From: Eledone cirrhosa
Taxonomy: Eukaryota
Reading direction: 5' to 3'
Assembly (NCBI GenBank): GCA_964016885.1
Contig: OZ024742.1
Coordinates: forward strand, 267,344,001 to 267,408,000
DNA: 64,000 nt
Under the pieces are notes generated by a model. The model made no database searches, was not told the DNA's origin, and saw nothing but the letters and a program-made list of their open reading frames with translations. The position numbers were made by a program, and so were the translations under genes. Position 1 is the first letter of the stretch. Each line of letters begins with the position of its first letter. This document shows, one piece after another, positions 26,626 to 40,971 of this stretch.

Positions 26626-29600
26626 ATGGCTGGTTTACGAGTTGGAAGCGTGAATGTGTGTGGCCTAGTGATGCCCTGGAAACAGGGTCAACTTTTAAAC
26701 GACCTTAGGTCACACGGTATGGATGCGATAGCCATCACCGAGTACAGAATCCACAACAGGCAGCAACTAATCCCCATCTTATACGACTTTGAGATCTACG
26801 CATATCTCTGTCAGCCAGGAGGTGGGGGTGGAGTGGTTGTCATGTTTAGGAAGAACCTGGATGTCGAAGTACAGCAAGTACACTTTGACCCGGAGGGTAG
26901 ACTGGTAGTCCTAGACGTCAACAGTATTGGAGGTGGAGCCTTCAGACTGGTGGCCGTTTATGCACCGACCAAGCAATCGCAATCACGGCCAGTCTTCTTT
27001 ATGCGTCTAGAGTCCTTTCTGGGAACGTCTCGCTCCTTACTTTTAGTGGGGGACTGGAATGGTATCCTAGATGCACGATGAGACTATGTGGGAGCATGTC
27101 CCAGTAGAGCGGGGTGCAACAGCCTCAAAACTTTAATCGGCCAATTCCAACCGGCCGATAGGTATCGACTGCATTACCCGACTGCACCACAGTGGACGTG
27201 GGCAAACCGCAGCGGGACATCTAGATCGTATTTAGATAGGTTCTTCATTAGAGAAAGGGACAAGGAGATGTTAAGCTGTCCACGAATGCATATGGTTGCC
27301 TATTCAGATCACAAATTAGTCGTCTGCTTAGTCAACCGTGATAGAACACATAAACAAGGACCCGGATACTGGAAGCTGAACGTGTCGTTGTCGGCACGTA
27401 AAGCTTACAGTGAATGGGTAAGTAGACTAGTCAAGCAACAATTAACGGGAGCCATCGTCAACAATAGATGGTGGTACTGTCTCAAGAACACAATTAGAAT
27501 AAAATCGATAAGGTTTAGCAGAGAGTTAGCATTAGAGAAAAACAAACTAGAAAGAGAACTAATAGCCAAGGTAGAGGAGGCACTTAGAAGTGGCAATGCG
27601 GCTAGAGTGTTAGCGTCTAGAACGGCACTGGACCAGTTCTTCGATGCGAAACCCGAAGACTGCGTGGTCAAAAGCAAAACACGTGCTCTAGGAAATGAAG
27701 GAGCGAAACCTGTCAGCTGGGCCCGAGTGGCGGAGACAAAAAGTGGCAACACGTCCACGATTCGGTCTTTGAAAGATCAAAACGGACGCGTGCTACTTGA
27801 CCCCGCGATTATTTGAGCAGAACGACGGTGAGCCGAACGGGGCAATGAACTTTAGTTCATACCTCGACGGCCTGCCGCGTCTCTCGAACACGGACGCCGA
27901 GTTCTGCGATAGACCAATCACGGATACTGAGATCCGGGACGCTCTGGGCCGCTGCGGGAAACGCAAGTCATCCGGTCTAGATGGTCTGCCCTATGAGTTT
28001 TACATAGGCATGCCGGACTTGTTCTCTGGCATCCTCGAAGCCGTCTACTGCAATTGGCAGCAGAACGGGAGCATTCCCAGTTCTGCAGGAAAGGGCGTAG
28101 TAACGCTGATCAGGAAAGACGAGAACAAGAGGGACGAAATTAACAACTTCAGGTCCATAACTCTGCTCAAATCAGAGTTAAAGATTTTGGCCAAGGTGCT
28201 AGCGACGAGGTTGGCGCTTTTCGTCGAGAACATGGTAGGGAAAGCGCAAACGTGTGCAATCCCGACCAGGTCCATACACGACAACCTCCACCTCATGCGA
28301 TACATCATAGAGAGTGTGGGTAGTAAACCCGGCTTTGGTGGGGCTCTGATCAATTTGGATCAGTCTAAGGCATTCGATAGGATCGACCATCGATACTTGG
28401 AAGCGGTTCTCAAGGAGGCTGGTTTCGGTCCCGTGTTCAGAGACTGGATCGTGGCGATGCACACCAGCATCTGCTCGAGGGTCAAGGTGAACGGCTACCT
28501 ATCGGAGCCGTTCGCAATCACGCGTTCCATTCGACAGGGGTGTCCTCTCTCCTCCATTCTGTATGTATTGACTCTAGAACCACTACTGCGGAAATTGGCG
28601 CTGTTGCAGGGCATCTTCTAGAACCGGGACTGCTTAAAGCGGCGTCGGCTTATGCCGACGACGTGACGGTAATGGTGTCGAAAACCTTGGAAATCGAGGT
28701 AATCGGCAACTTACTGAAAGAACACGAAACGCTGACGGGAGCAAAACTAAACCCAGACAAGTCTGTCGGTTTGCAACTCGGTACGTGGAGAGGCAAACCG
28801 ATGACGTCCGACAGCATCGTTGGACGCTGGACGGACGGACCGGGGAACTTGCTCGGGATCTGGTTCGGTCCGACCTCCAGGTGGAGAAAAACTGGAACGA
28901 GCTCACGGCCAAGGTGTTTGCACTCACTCAGAAGTGGGCAGAGTGCAAACTGTCCTTGAAAGGTCGAGCGGAGGTGGCGAACACTTTCATAGCGTCCGTC
29001 ATCTACTACCGCTTGACTGTCGTGCCTTGTCCCCGTGAACACCTCGCCATGATGGAACGCATGCTCATCCAGATTCTGTGGAAGAAGCAGGCTCCGCTGG
29101 TGAGGAGATCCGTCTGCTGTCAGCACCCTTCCAACGGAGGGCTGGGAATGCCATGGCTGATGATGCGCAAACATGCGCTGAGGCTGCGGCGTCTCTAGGT
29201 ATTCCTCACCGACCCCCAACCGGTGTGGGCACCGTTTGTGAGAAAGGCTATCCCACAGCTCGTCTCGCTGACGGAGCTGCAGTCCTAGGTTAAGAACAGA
29301 CCGAAAACGATGGGCGCCTGGCACATTGAATGCGCTCGGGCGCTCACAATCCTGTCAAGCGGGCGCAGCAATCAGTGGAGACTCCACTTCGATATTATAT
29401 AGAGGGAGTGTAGGTTACAAGGGCGCCGACGTGCTCGTGGAGACTCTGGGCGTCGAAGACGATGAGCTCACTAGTCTGTTTGGTAGGACTTTCCGCCCGG
29501 GACCTATGGACAACTTCCACAGGTCCCTGGCCTGGAAGTGCTACCGAGGAGCTCTACCGGTTCGCGATAAGATCTACAGGCACGGACGCCCCGGCAGAGA

Positions 29601-30033
29601 TCGTTCCAAGAGGACGTGTCCAAGATGCGCGCAGGACATTGAAAAAGTCCTGCACGCAATTGTACACTGCCAAGGCGTAATCGACCTGTGGAACTATGCA
29701 GAACAACTGCTGTCGCGTATGGGACAAATCCAGTTGACTGCCGAGTCCATAGTAAGGATCAAACCGCCAGCTTCTTTCAAAAACGAAAGAGACGCGGTTT
29801 TCCTCTGTACGATGGCTATGCTGAAAGAAGTTATATGGTGGACGAGATTGAGAGGACTAAGGACAGATGCCTTTCTCTCCGGATAACAATTGATTCCCTG
29901 CTTTAAGTATCACTTTAGAAGGAGAATCAGAGTGGCGTGAGAAGCACTGCACCCCAGTAAATTTACTGAAAGGCGAGTGAATGAAGCGAAAATGGCCCGA
30001 GTGATTGGGCCTTCTATGTTTATAAACCTGTAG
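26626..30033 (+). pseudogene. Tx1-B ORF2: APE endonuclease, reverse transcriptase and C-terminal Zn finger
   Basis: GSVNVCGL, GDWNGILD, SYLDRF, SDHKL; NNFRSITLL..ELKILAK, LDQSKAFDRIDH, IRQGCPLS, AYADDVTV, GGLGMP, CPRC..E...HAIVHC; several stops and frameshifts. Confidence 0.93.
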
Positions 30034-30248
30034 GTTGAAGAAGAGAGCAAAAGGAAGAAAGGAGCACTTGCACAACACGCTCCTTCAGTTGATGGTTGTT
30101 CTATCGACGGGGTATTAAACAACCCATATTGGGGATTTCGATTGTTGTAATTGTTTGTTTTTATATTTTTTACACGACTGTATGTAAAATCCTCGGCATG
30201 ACTTTGTATTGTCCCCTTTTCTTGTGCGCCCTTGTGACAAATAACGAA

Positions 30249-30300
<52 letters not shown>

Positions 30301-30304
30301 GTCT

Positions 30305-30340
<36 letters not shown>
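30249..30340 (+). repeat. (TATC)n microsatellite at the 3' flank of Tx1-B
   Basis: ATCT repeats with one interruption. Confidence 0.97.
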
Positions 30341-30372
30341 GCATCTCTATCTCCCCCCCTCTTTCTCTCTCT

Positions 30373-30411
<39 letters not shown>

Positions 30412-30414
<3 letters not shown>

Positions 30415-30757
30415 CATAATTAAATTTGTCAGGTATATTCATAAAATCTCAAACGAAAGAGATCACTAAAGAGAACAAATTCAGAGAAGCTAATATATAT
30501 ATAGAATATCTAATCAAAAACACTGAAGGGTAGATCCCAGTAGTCAGGCTTCCTATATTTAGGTTGTTTGACTGTGCGTATATTCCTAGGAAAAGATACT
30601 TTAGAAGTGTTCTGTAGAGTACTTTAGTGGGATCTACCCTTCAGTGATTTTGTATAATATACTCTCTCTATATATTTGCTTATCGGAATTAGCTCTTTTT
30701 AATGATCTCAATTCATTGTAATTTTATGTATATTCGTGACAAATGTTATTATGTATA
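30412..30757. repeat. Diverged inverted repeat (pLTR-like); central part repeated directly at about 31025-31105
   Basis: cactgaagggtagatccca versus tgggatctacccttcagtg, with arms extending to tatacataat/attatgtata. Confidence 0.7.
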
Positions 30758-31129
30758 ATACATACTGCTCATAATAAATGATAAGCTGTTTGACAGCCTG
30801 TTATTTCTTGTGGCTTTTTAGGCCTGTCATTTTGTATGTATGTAAAATATTTACACCATGCTAGATCGATGAGAGATGACAAAGTTTTCCCCAACAGGTA
30901 TCTATATTATTCTTATACATTATAGAATCTTTCCGATCAGGAACTGCTCTGGTAATGATGGCCATATCAATATATTGAGATGGGTAGATTTAATGCCATG
31001 GTTCAGAAACTGCAATCAAAGTGATTTTTAGGTTGCTTGACTGCGTATATCCCTAGGGAAAGATTCTTATGAAGTAATCTTTAGAGTGCTTTACTGGGAT
31101 CTACATCCCCGTCCCCCTCTCTCTCTCTC

Positions 31130-31214
<85 letters not shown>

Positions 31215-31303
31215 GGATGGTAAGAATCGATCTTGTAACACTTTTATTCTCAGATCTTCTTATATTATATGGGTAACTTTATCTAGACAATTATATATAT
31301 ATG

Positions 31304-31335
31304 CTAGCAGTGGTACCCGGCGTTGCACGGGATAA
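31304..31335 (-). mobile_element. Helitron 3' terminus (hairpin plus CTAG)
   Basis: Minus strand cccgtgcaacgccgggtaccactgCTAG; matches the terminus at 44077-44105. Confidence 0.65.
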
Positions 31336-33003
31336 AGTATTTAGGAACGCAGGCCGCCAACAGACCTAATCGTGGAAAAACTTCATGCCTGGACAATATG
31401 TAAAGAAAATAAACCGAATACTCTGATGGCTGGATAATCTTTAAGATTTTCCTCGATGAAGGAGGAAAAATGCAGGTTTTCACGTAATGCGGGCCCTTTG
31501 AAATTTTGAAATTGTTGAATATGAATTGTGCTGCAGATTTGATGAATTATAGAACCACACTCAAGGCAATGTGTGACACTAGATATTGACTTCCGGCCGA
31601 CCCAGGAGGGGTCACACCCGACTGTGAATGGATTACAGCCTCCGGATTCAGTAATCTATACGAAAACCACGTGGCGGACATATAAATAACATAGCTGTCA
31701 TTGACAGTTTTAGTCGTGAGTTTTCTATATATTCTACAGAAATTTGCTCTCACTCTAATAAACCCGCTTCTTATTGTAACCATATCTGCTTTTCCTTCAC
31801 TCTGCCATAGGTAATTCCGGAAGCGGAGTTTTCTGTATACACTTTCTCTCTATGTGAAGGGATAGCCATCACGATTTACATTAACTGTGGTATAATTGTA
31901 TACGGTATGACACTTGGTTTGATGCCGACTCGGCCATACAGTGAATTTCACTTGGGACGTTGGGTTGAGTGACCGAACGTGAGGACGTTGGGGGATGCCA
32001 GTTATTGCGGACCTGTCGTATTTTCAATTTTCAATTTCCTCACTGGTGTGCTGGCTGTACATATACCCTACCTTTCTTCAACTCATCGCACTTTATTCTA
32101 TTTTAGATTTTAGGTGTTTATCGCAGACCGCCTATGCGGGTAAATCCCCTGGGTATATGTTTTAGAAACATAGTGTTATCTCGCCTAACGCTCGGAACTG
32201 GAACCAATGGATGTGGTGCTTAGGGTGCTGACATGATACGGAGAATCGAGGTGTTACAAGGTGATATAACAGGAGTACACCATCCTTCCTATGGGCAATC
32301 ATACATATAAAGCTGCACCACCGCTAACCAACTATTCTTCTCACAGACCCATGCTTGCAAGCTCTCTTAATCTGCCTGTACGTACACCCTGTATTTGCAC
32401 TGCTTGTGCTTTGATGTATCTATACCATGCTTTGTTTTTTTGTTTTTTGTTTTTGGGGGTTGGGGTTGGGGTTGGGGGTGTTTTTTGTTTTTTTATTGTT
32501 TTTTTTATTGTTTTTGAGCATGCTGAGTAACACCTTCACTCATTCCTTGCTACCCTCTCCCAACCTCCTTATCATTCCTTGCTACCCTCTCCCAACCTCC
32601 TTACCATTTATGTGATAAATTTTTGATGTAATTTTTGATGTAATTTTTTATGACATTTTATGACATTATGTGCGTCATGTATTGTGTCTTTTTCTATATA
32701 GCGCTGGCCTCGGGACCCCCCTGCTGGTCCTTTAACCTTGTTCTGGTGACGCAGCTTGATGGAGCATGCAACTATTGATATACTCTTGTTTATAGCTCTG
32801 ATGATTCCTGCCATAGGGTATGGATGAAACACTATTAGCTAATAAAACAATGTATTTCTAAGCACTCTTTGGTTATTCCTAAAATTATAACGGCTCTGTA
32901 GTATACTAGTTATCCTACATTGGGCTAAAACCACATTGTCATACTAAGGGCAATATATCTGCGTGTCTGGGCACATTGATATATTTGTCAACGAAACTAT
33001 ATA

Positions 33004-33154
<151 letters not shown>

Positions 33155-33169
33155 TGGCTGCCTCTAGAT

Positions 33170-33850
33170 TTCAAAAACTGCCACAACCTGATCCACCGCA
33201 CACACTGGGGTCATAAACATAACCTTTTATCCCTTCAAGGATTTGCATTCCTTTCTGCATATATTATAGTGATAAACATTACTTCCATTTTGGTTCGAGT
33301 GACATTGTTTTTCACATTTCCAACAAGGAGAAATGCCAAAGAAAAGAGACCATCACCGACAACATTTTGTAAATGGCGTTATATTATGACTTCTAAGACC
33401 AGCTTTACTGAGGGAAATTCGGCCACATTCATTGCGCATAAAGTCAATTTAAGCATCTGAAAATCCACGTAAATTAATATCATGTAGACTCTTAAGCAGA
33501 CTCCTCTTTAATGTTTCATGAGATTTTTCAAATTCTTGTTTTCCATTAAACAATGTCTCCCTTCACGATGATCGCTCTAAGGCAACCTCTTCCCAGTTAT
33601 CTTCGTTTATTTTTAATTTCATCGAAGTTTTTATGATGCAGTCTTTATACCAGAGTTTTGCTTTATGCCTTGACTGTTTACCTTGACTAACTCCCCGTAT
33701 AATAACTGCTTAAGAATGCGATGATCTAGCATTCTTACATGGCCGCAAGAGCGTAATCTATATTGAATAATGAGAGATTCAATACTTTCAAATTGACTTC
33801 AGTCCAGCACTTCAAAATCACTTATACCTCTAATAGATACCAAATATTCT
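33170..33850 (-). mobile_element. RTE LINE 3' fragment with C2H2-like tail
   Basis: LRSCGHVRMLDHRILKQLLYGEL, WYKDCI, NWEEVALER, then CNECGRISLSKAGLRSH and further C..C..K.C.S repeats. Confidence 0.75.
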
Positions 33851-34538
33851 GCGAAGACGCTGTTAACGAAAATGTTAAAGCATTTTCATATTTTGCGGGT
33901 ATGTAAACCGTCACATGCATACATCAATGATGACAATACACATGGTCTGTACACATTTTACTTTGTATCAATGGAAATCACACGTCGACATTAGCGACAC
34001 CCATATACAGTATATTACCAAGAATACCACTATATTTAGTCGCAACGATATTTCATCATCAACTGCGCTGCCTAGATACATATATACATACATGTATACA
34101 TACGAACGTACGTATATACATACATACACACATACATTATTAATATTTTAAAATATATCATATGAATCGAATGCATAGTAATTACGACATGTGAACATTG
34201 TATAAAAAGAAAACATTCTTTTAAGCCCACCAAGAAGACTAAAGCTGTAAGCATTGTATCTAACCATAAGCACACGCATGTCATATACTACAGAAACACT
34301 AAAAATATATGCCAGCACAAAAAAATATATACGTCAATTTAATTGTCCCACACATGCTCTGAATTAATTGCATATAACTTTACCAAAAAATATAATCAAG
34401 AAGATCATGTTCTAGAATGCATTTGTAAAATTGGAAATATTACTTCCTTAGTAGAGTGTTTCTTAACACAACTAGGGCTAATATCTTCCCCTGTTCAAAT
34501 CCCTTTACACAAAGCTGGCTCCATCACAATTCTGATAT

Positions 34539-34573
<35 letters not shown>

Positions 34574-34590
34574 GTAGAGGTTATATTTAA

Positions 34591-35175
34591 TTTGTTGGGA
34601 TACACAACAAGCAAAATATTTTTATAACTGATAAAAAGCACTCAACAAATTATTGGAGTAAATATATATATAACCAGAATACCATTAATAACCCCAGCAA
34701 TATCCAACTGAATAATACGGCACATAGAAACTCAAATTTTGATAAATGTAACTGTAGAAATAAATCCAACTGTCCGTTAAATAACAATTGTTTAGTTCAA
34801 AATATAGTATATAACTGTAATGTAAAAACTATTTTAAATTCATTTAATTATGTAGGCTCTACCACCACAGATTTTAAGTCCCGTTTTAATAACCATAAAT
34901 GCGCTTTTACGAATATAAATAAAAAATCTTCAACTTCTCTATCTAATTTAACATGGGACCTAAAATCAAAGAACACTAACTATTCTTTACTTTGGAATAT
35001 TATCTCCAAAGCTCCTCCATTCAATTCTTCTTCTGAAAATTGTGCTCTTTGTATAGAAGAAATATTCTTTATATTAAAAAGTAAGAATTCTGTTAATTTA
35101 AGAAATAATCTTTTCAGTTCTTGCAAACATAGTTTGACTCAACGCTTAAATATATATATGAAATGTAATACATAA
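34591..35175 (+). mobile_element. Naiad-like PLE GIY-YIG endonuclease domain, stop-free but without an upstream ATG
   Basis: DKCNCRNKSNCPLNNNCLVQNIVYNCNV..NYVGSTTTDFKSRFNNH..STSLSNLTW..WNII..CALCIEE..N..CKH read in one frame. Confidence 0.9.
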
Positions 35176-35459
35176 CTCATCTTTATTAAACCTATCGATA
35201 ATTCATTAGATTCCTTCACCTGACTGCTTATAACTCTCTTAAAAAGATTTTTTCTTGAAAAACTTTTCTTGATAAACGTACTGAAAGATTTGAGGAAGGA
35301 GTTTTTTTCTGAAAATTCCTATGATGGGTACAAAGAAATTATAATTCATAATTCATATTTTAAACTGTGTATTTTATTTTCTATATTCTTATATTTTTTT
35401 AAAAATTATAATTCATATTTTATATTGTATATTTTGTATTTATGTATTTTTCAAATACT

Positions 35460-35535
<76 letters not shown>

Positions 35536-36547
35536 GTGTGTGTGAATGTATATATATCAACATTTTAAAGAATATTCTATAGATATACTCTTATGAAAGA
35601 GTTTATTTATGGTTTATACTTTGGATATATTCCTATGAATGAATTATTAAATGTTAACACGTTATAGCAAACAAATGTAGGTTTTAACAGTCATAACTGT
35701 ATAACAGCTAGAGTTATAAAATTATAACTTGCTATAAAATAACATAAGATCCATACTCTAATTATATTATTATTACGATGGAAAATTTAATTTTTTAACA
35801 TCTTAACTTTATAGCATTTAATCCTTAGAGCTATCTAAATTATTAATACATCGCTAGCGATTTGCTTTACGCTCTACTGCTATTACAAATATGGTATTAT
35901 TCTTCTGTAAACTCTCGGAAATTCCATGAACTAAGAAATATTCGGATATTTTAAACTTACAACATTTTTTAAAATAATTAATTAATAATTAATAAAATTA
36001 TATATGGTTTTGTAATAATAACATCTTTTCTAATTATATCTTTTAATAATATATATTCTTTAATAATATATAGGTCTCAACTTTAATAATATAACATACA
36101 CATTTAAACATTTAAACTACGAATTGAATTGATGAATTATTAATTAAGCATTTAATCAAATTTATTAATTAAAAATTAGATAAAATTCTTATCTTTATCT
36201 TTATTATTATTGTTTATCCATGTTACGGTATTCATCGACCCTATATTTATTTTCTTCGCCTCTTTTCTCAAAATTACGCTATTCTCTCTCACTTAAACAT
36301 ACTCAGGTTTTTTTCTCTTTCTTTTTTTATTTCTTTCGTTTTTTTCTCTTTTTTCTCTTTTTTTCTCTTTCTTTCTTTTTTTTCCCTATTCCAACGGCTC
36401 AATTTAAATATACTGTTATTTAAACCTTCCGACACTAATTTGCATAATAAACCAACAATAAATCTAATAACTCCACTATTCCAACCAGAATGGTTGCATT
36501 TTTTAAGGGTATGTCAATATTTATTTATAAAACTAACCTATATTATA

Positions 36548-36609
36548 TTTTATCTGATGAAAGCGCACCATAGTTTACTTTGGTGGCCCTTGAAATATGT
36601 ATAATGAAA
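36548..36609 (+). ncRNA. Type-I hammerhead motif in a PLE pLTR remnant
   Basis: TTTTAT-CTGATGA-AAG-cg-CACCA...TGGTG-gcc-CTT-GAAA-TATGTATA-ATGAAA. Confidence 0.6.
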
Positions 36610-38319
36610 TAAATATAGTTTTATAAATATAGTTTCCATTTGTTAATATATTGTATATATATATATGACTTATGTGTGTGTGTGCATGTGTGTGTGTATG
36701 TGTGCGCGTGCGTGTGTGTTTTCTAAATATGTAATTTATTTCAACCACTGAGCCATACTGGCACACCACCGTCATATATATTGCTTTAGAGGTTTAATAT
36801 AAAATGACAGCTTATAATGGTCGTAATATTAGCGAATAATCGTATCCAGCATGAAATGCCAGGATTTTCATTGTCTTAGTATTTTATTCTACTTGAAAAT
36901 AGCCTCCGAAAATTTGTAAATCATTTCTTTCTTACATCACTAAATTATATCTAATCCATATAGCGTGATTGTTGAAAGAACAAGTACCAGTCATATATTT
37001 GAATGAATTGCATGCAATATTTCTGCTCAAATCCTCTTTATGAAATAAGTCTTAATGGCGCCCACCAAGGAAATAAGAAGCAGGAATTAATCCGATTGCA
37101 GAAAAAACTCTAATCGGATAATAACGATAATACCTTTAGAATTGTAGATGCTTAAATTATATAATATCATATTTTATTTGCATGTCCAATAACCAACATT
37201 CGATATAAATTCTTATAGCATTTACAGCCGAAGTGGCTCCTCACTGAATAATAAGTTGAATGGCCAGCAGGTTTTAAGTTCATATACTATTGAAGATTTT
37301 ATTCCCTCAAGGCTGAATAGGTTTATCCACCTCATGAATACCTAATACAACTATAAATGGAAGATTATAGCCGCTCTATTTTTCACAAGCGCGTGTGTTT
37401 GCATATGTTTGTGTACACATGCACAAACACATACTGGTACACGCACTTACACTCAAACACATACTCTCACACATATGCACAAACTCTCTCTATTTTGTCC
37501 ACTTCTCTGCTTGTATTAATCTTTAGAAGAGTAATTAGTCTTCTTGAATTCGTAAGGTACAGATAACTACAGCAGATATCGGCGTATCATATGTTCTGCA
37601 CAGCGGCAATATTTATTATGTTGTTTGTGTCGGGGACAAACTTTGTGTTACGTTGAAAGGCCTCACTCAACTAGCTATACGGAGCTGAGTATTTTCAGTA
37701 TTGTAGATAATCACTGGAAGAAATGGAACCAAATATAAATTGTGACGGTTTTCCTCAGATAGTATAGCCGTGTTGAGAGTCTCAAGAAGATTGCATCTTG
37801 CTAAGTAGACTATACAAGTCTATTGTCTGCTCTTTATTAGCAATACTATTTCAATCCTTCTTAGAATAGCGGAGAATGCAATATATAATCGTTCCATTAT
37901 CATCCTCTATTGAAATACCAATTTAATTTGATTATTGTATCCTAAATCTTTTTCCCCCCAACTTCGAAATAGACTCAGCATACTAATATAAGTACTACTG
38001 TTTTATTAATTACTATAGACTGATGTCAAATTAGGATATTACAATATATTTATATGCATTTGGTTTGCATATAAATTGATGAGTGGAAAAGATTTTTTAG
38101 TAGCTTCATTGCATCCATGTTCAGGGAGTTTTCATGGTTAGTCATATTGCTAATATTACCAAGTCTTTCTTCAGCTATTACTTAGATTAGCCTCGTCCAT
38201 ATTAAACTGATTGTCATACTTGTGGCTGGTTGAGTACACAGCTAAGAAAATTCTAATAGTATTAATATCATGCCTGCTGTTTCATTTGCGTCATACCAAA
38301 TATATTTAGTAGAAAGCCA

Positions 38320-38510
38320 CATATATCACAAGCAAAGCAATTATATCTAAAGCTGAGATAACATCCCAAGCGCTAGGCTTAGAAGACAAGAAACGATATA
38401 TTAGTATGTGTGATGAAAACAGTAAAAACCCGTTTGTGAAATATATGTCCAGATTTAAGAATGAAGAAACAAGAAACTCCATAGATTTGTCAAAATATTG
38501 AAGAATAAAC
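38320..38510 (+). pseudogene. Decayed PLE GIY-YIG fragment
   Basis: KAIISKAEIT..KRYISMC..SRFKNEETRNSIDLSKY. Confidence 0.55.
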
Positions 38511-38562
38511 AACCAATGCGTAAACTCTTCGAAAACAAATGGTCAACAGCTTGAAGCACAGT

Positions 38563-38703
<141 letters not shown>

Positions 38704-39037
38704 AGCAAAGTAAAGAAAGGCGAAGCGATGTGAAATCATGTGCGCTACTGAGAAATACAACAATTAGTAACAATACTAAAATAAATAAATCTTGAAATAA
38801 TTTTCCAATACTGAAAATGAAATGTACCAGAGCAAATTACAACCTAATGGAGTTTTAAAACATACTGCTCGTAAACACCCGGGAACACTAAGGGATTTCC
38901 CTTGCAACATGTCAAAAATAAATCCATTAGCAACGTTAAAAACATTTCTTGTTTAAATGCTATTAGACGATTGTTTGTTTGTTGTATATTTCTGGATAAT
39001 GACAAGGGAAAATTTATCATATACATACGGACATACA

Positions 39038-39780
39038 TACGAGGTCTGTCGAAAAAGTAGCCGTTCTGAAGCTGGGACAAAACATAATTAGTGGAGTTAA
39101 TTTACCACGAAGTAGGCCACTTGTGCATCTGCACACTTATCCTAGTGATTCTTTCAATGATTGAAGCACGTCCTCAATGCCTCTTCCAGAATGGCTCAGA
39201 CCTCGTGATGTTATTACGGCCCCCAAAGTGAAACATTGAAAGGCATCTTTACTTTTGGGAAAACAAGTGATGCCTAGAGAGTGTGGAGTCTAACGAATAA
39301 GTCAAATACCTCTCTATAGCAAGAAGCTTTGGATCAGTTGCAACTAATCATCCATTGTCTGGAGGCATCTGTAAGTTTTGCGCTGAACTGCATGACGAAT
39401 ATATCGGAGGATTTCGTGATACTACTCTTTTGTAGCTGTTTGTCCTTCTAGTGTGTGTTCGCGGAGGTCAACCATTCTGTTGTCGGAGAAAACAATCAGC
39501 ATCACATTGGCTTTGCTATCCATCTGAAGTGGTTTGGCGGGTCTTGGCGACATTGGAGGTTTGCATTCTGATAACTGAGGTTTGATTTTCGGGTCACACC
39601 GGTACAAACATATTTCAGCATCTATTATCAGGAATTCAGTATCGTTGGTAGAAGTACGAGTGAAATGAAAACCCGATGAGTGTGCAACAGTACAACACAG
39701 GTGAAACTCCAGAATAACAGAATTTTTCACATCGCCATATCAAAGCACATTTACACTTTATTTCCATGTTAGTACTCATT
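39038..39780 (-). mobile_element. Mariner (Tc1/mariner) transposon remnant
   Basis: TA plus CGAGGTCTGTCGAAAAAGTAGCCG TIR-like end; DAEICLYRCDPKIKPQLSECKPPMSPRP..SKANVMLIVF..EGQTATKE is a decayed DETW..YDPE mariner segment; the second TIR was not found. Confidence 0.8.
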
Positions 39781-39931
39781 CTCACGTCCGTCATCATTAC
39801 ACGGATATATACAGTGAGGGAAATTGGGAGATAGAGAGAGTGAAAGAGACACACACAGATACAGACACACACGCACACACACGCACACACAGACACACAC
39901 TCACGCACAGACACACAGACACAGACCCCCC

Positions 39932-39971
<40 letters not shown>

Positions 39972-40623
39972 ACGGCAGAGTGAGCGGGAAAACAGTGTAT
40001 AATAAGTATGTCTGACAGACAAGCACACACATTGTTAGAAAGCATCATATGGTTTGAGACACTGAAGTAATAGCAAAAAATACGTAGATACACAAAATAG
40101 ACACAGTGAAAATATAGATTTATTAGGTGAAGTATGAGAAGTCGAGAAAAATGTATAAGAGAATAACAGTATAAGAAAAAAATTTATGAACGAAAATAGA
40201 GATCGGATACTCCATTAATTTTAAGAGGCGACTTGTGATTCAACTTTTTTGAGCTAAGGTGAAAAATCAGTAAGATAAAATGAGATCTCGTAATGCTGAA
40301 GGTATGTTTATATACATACATACATTACACATACATACATTACACATACATACATATATATATACTAAATATGTGTGTGTGTGTGTGAGTGTATGTGTGC
40401 CCGTGCGTGTGTGTGTGCGTGCGTCTGTGTGTTTGTGTGTATACGTTAATAAAGTAAAATATATTCCCCACTCAAATAACAACTAGAAAATATATAGAAA
40501 ATCGATATTGGTATCTATAATTCGACATTGGTGACTGTGACTCGGTTACTTCACTAAGGCAACAGTGCTGCTATCTGTTTGACGTATGTCTGCACAGATA
40601 TATAGTGTACGTGTAGATATTTA

Positions 40624-40685
40624 TATGTGTGTATACATACACACACACATAAACACATACGCACACACACATATATTTATATATA

Positions 40686-40753
<68 letters not shown>

Positions 40754-40921
40754 AATATATATATATATAGATAGATATATGTGTGTGTGTGTGTATATGT
40801 TTGTCTGAGTGTAAGTATGTTAATGTGTGTGTGAGATTGTGTAGTCTTATGTGTGTATACATACACACACACATAAACACACACACACATACGCCCACAC
40901 ATATTTATATATATGTGTGTA

Positions 40922-40971
<50 letters not shown>

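Larger units (their letters stand above)
24461..30248 (+). mobile_element. Full-length decayed Tx1/L1-clade retrotransposon, family B
   Basis: 5' UTR, ORF1, ORF2 (APE-RT-Zn) and 3' UTR ending caaataacgaa directly before (ATCT)n. Confidence 0.93.
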
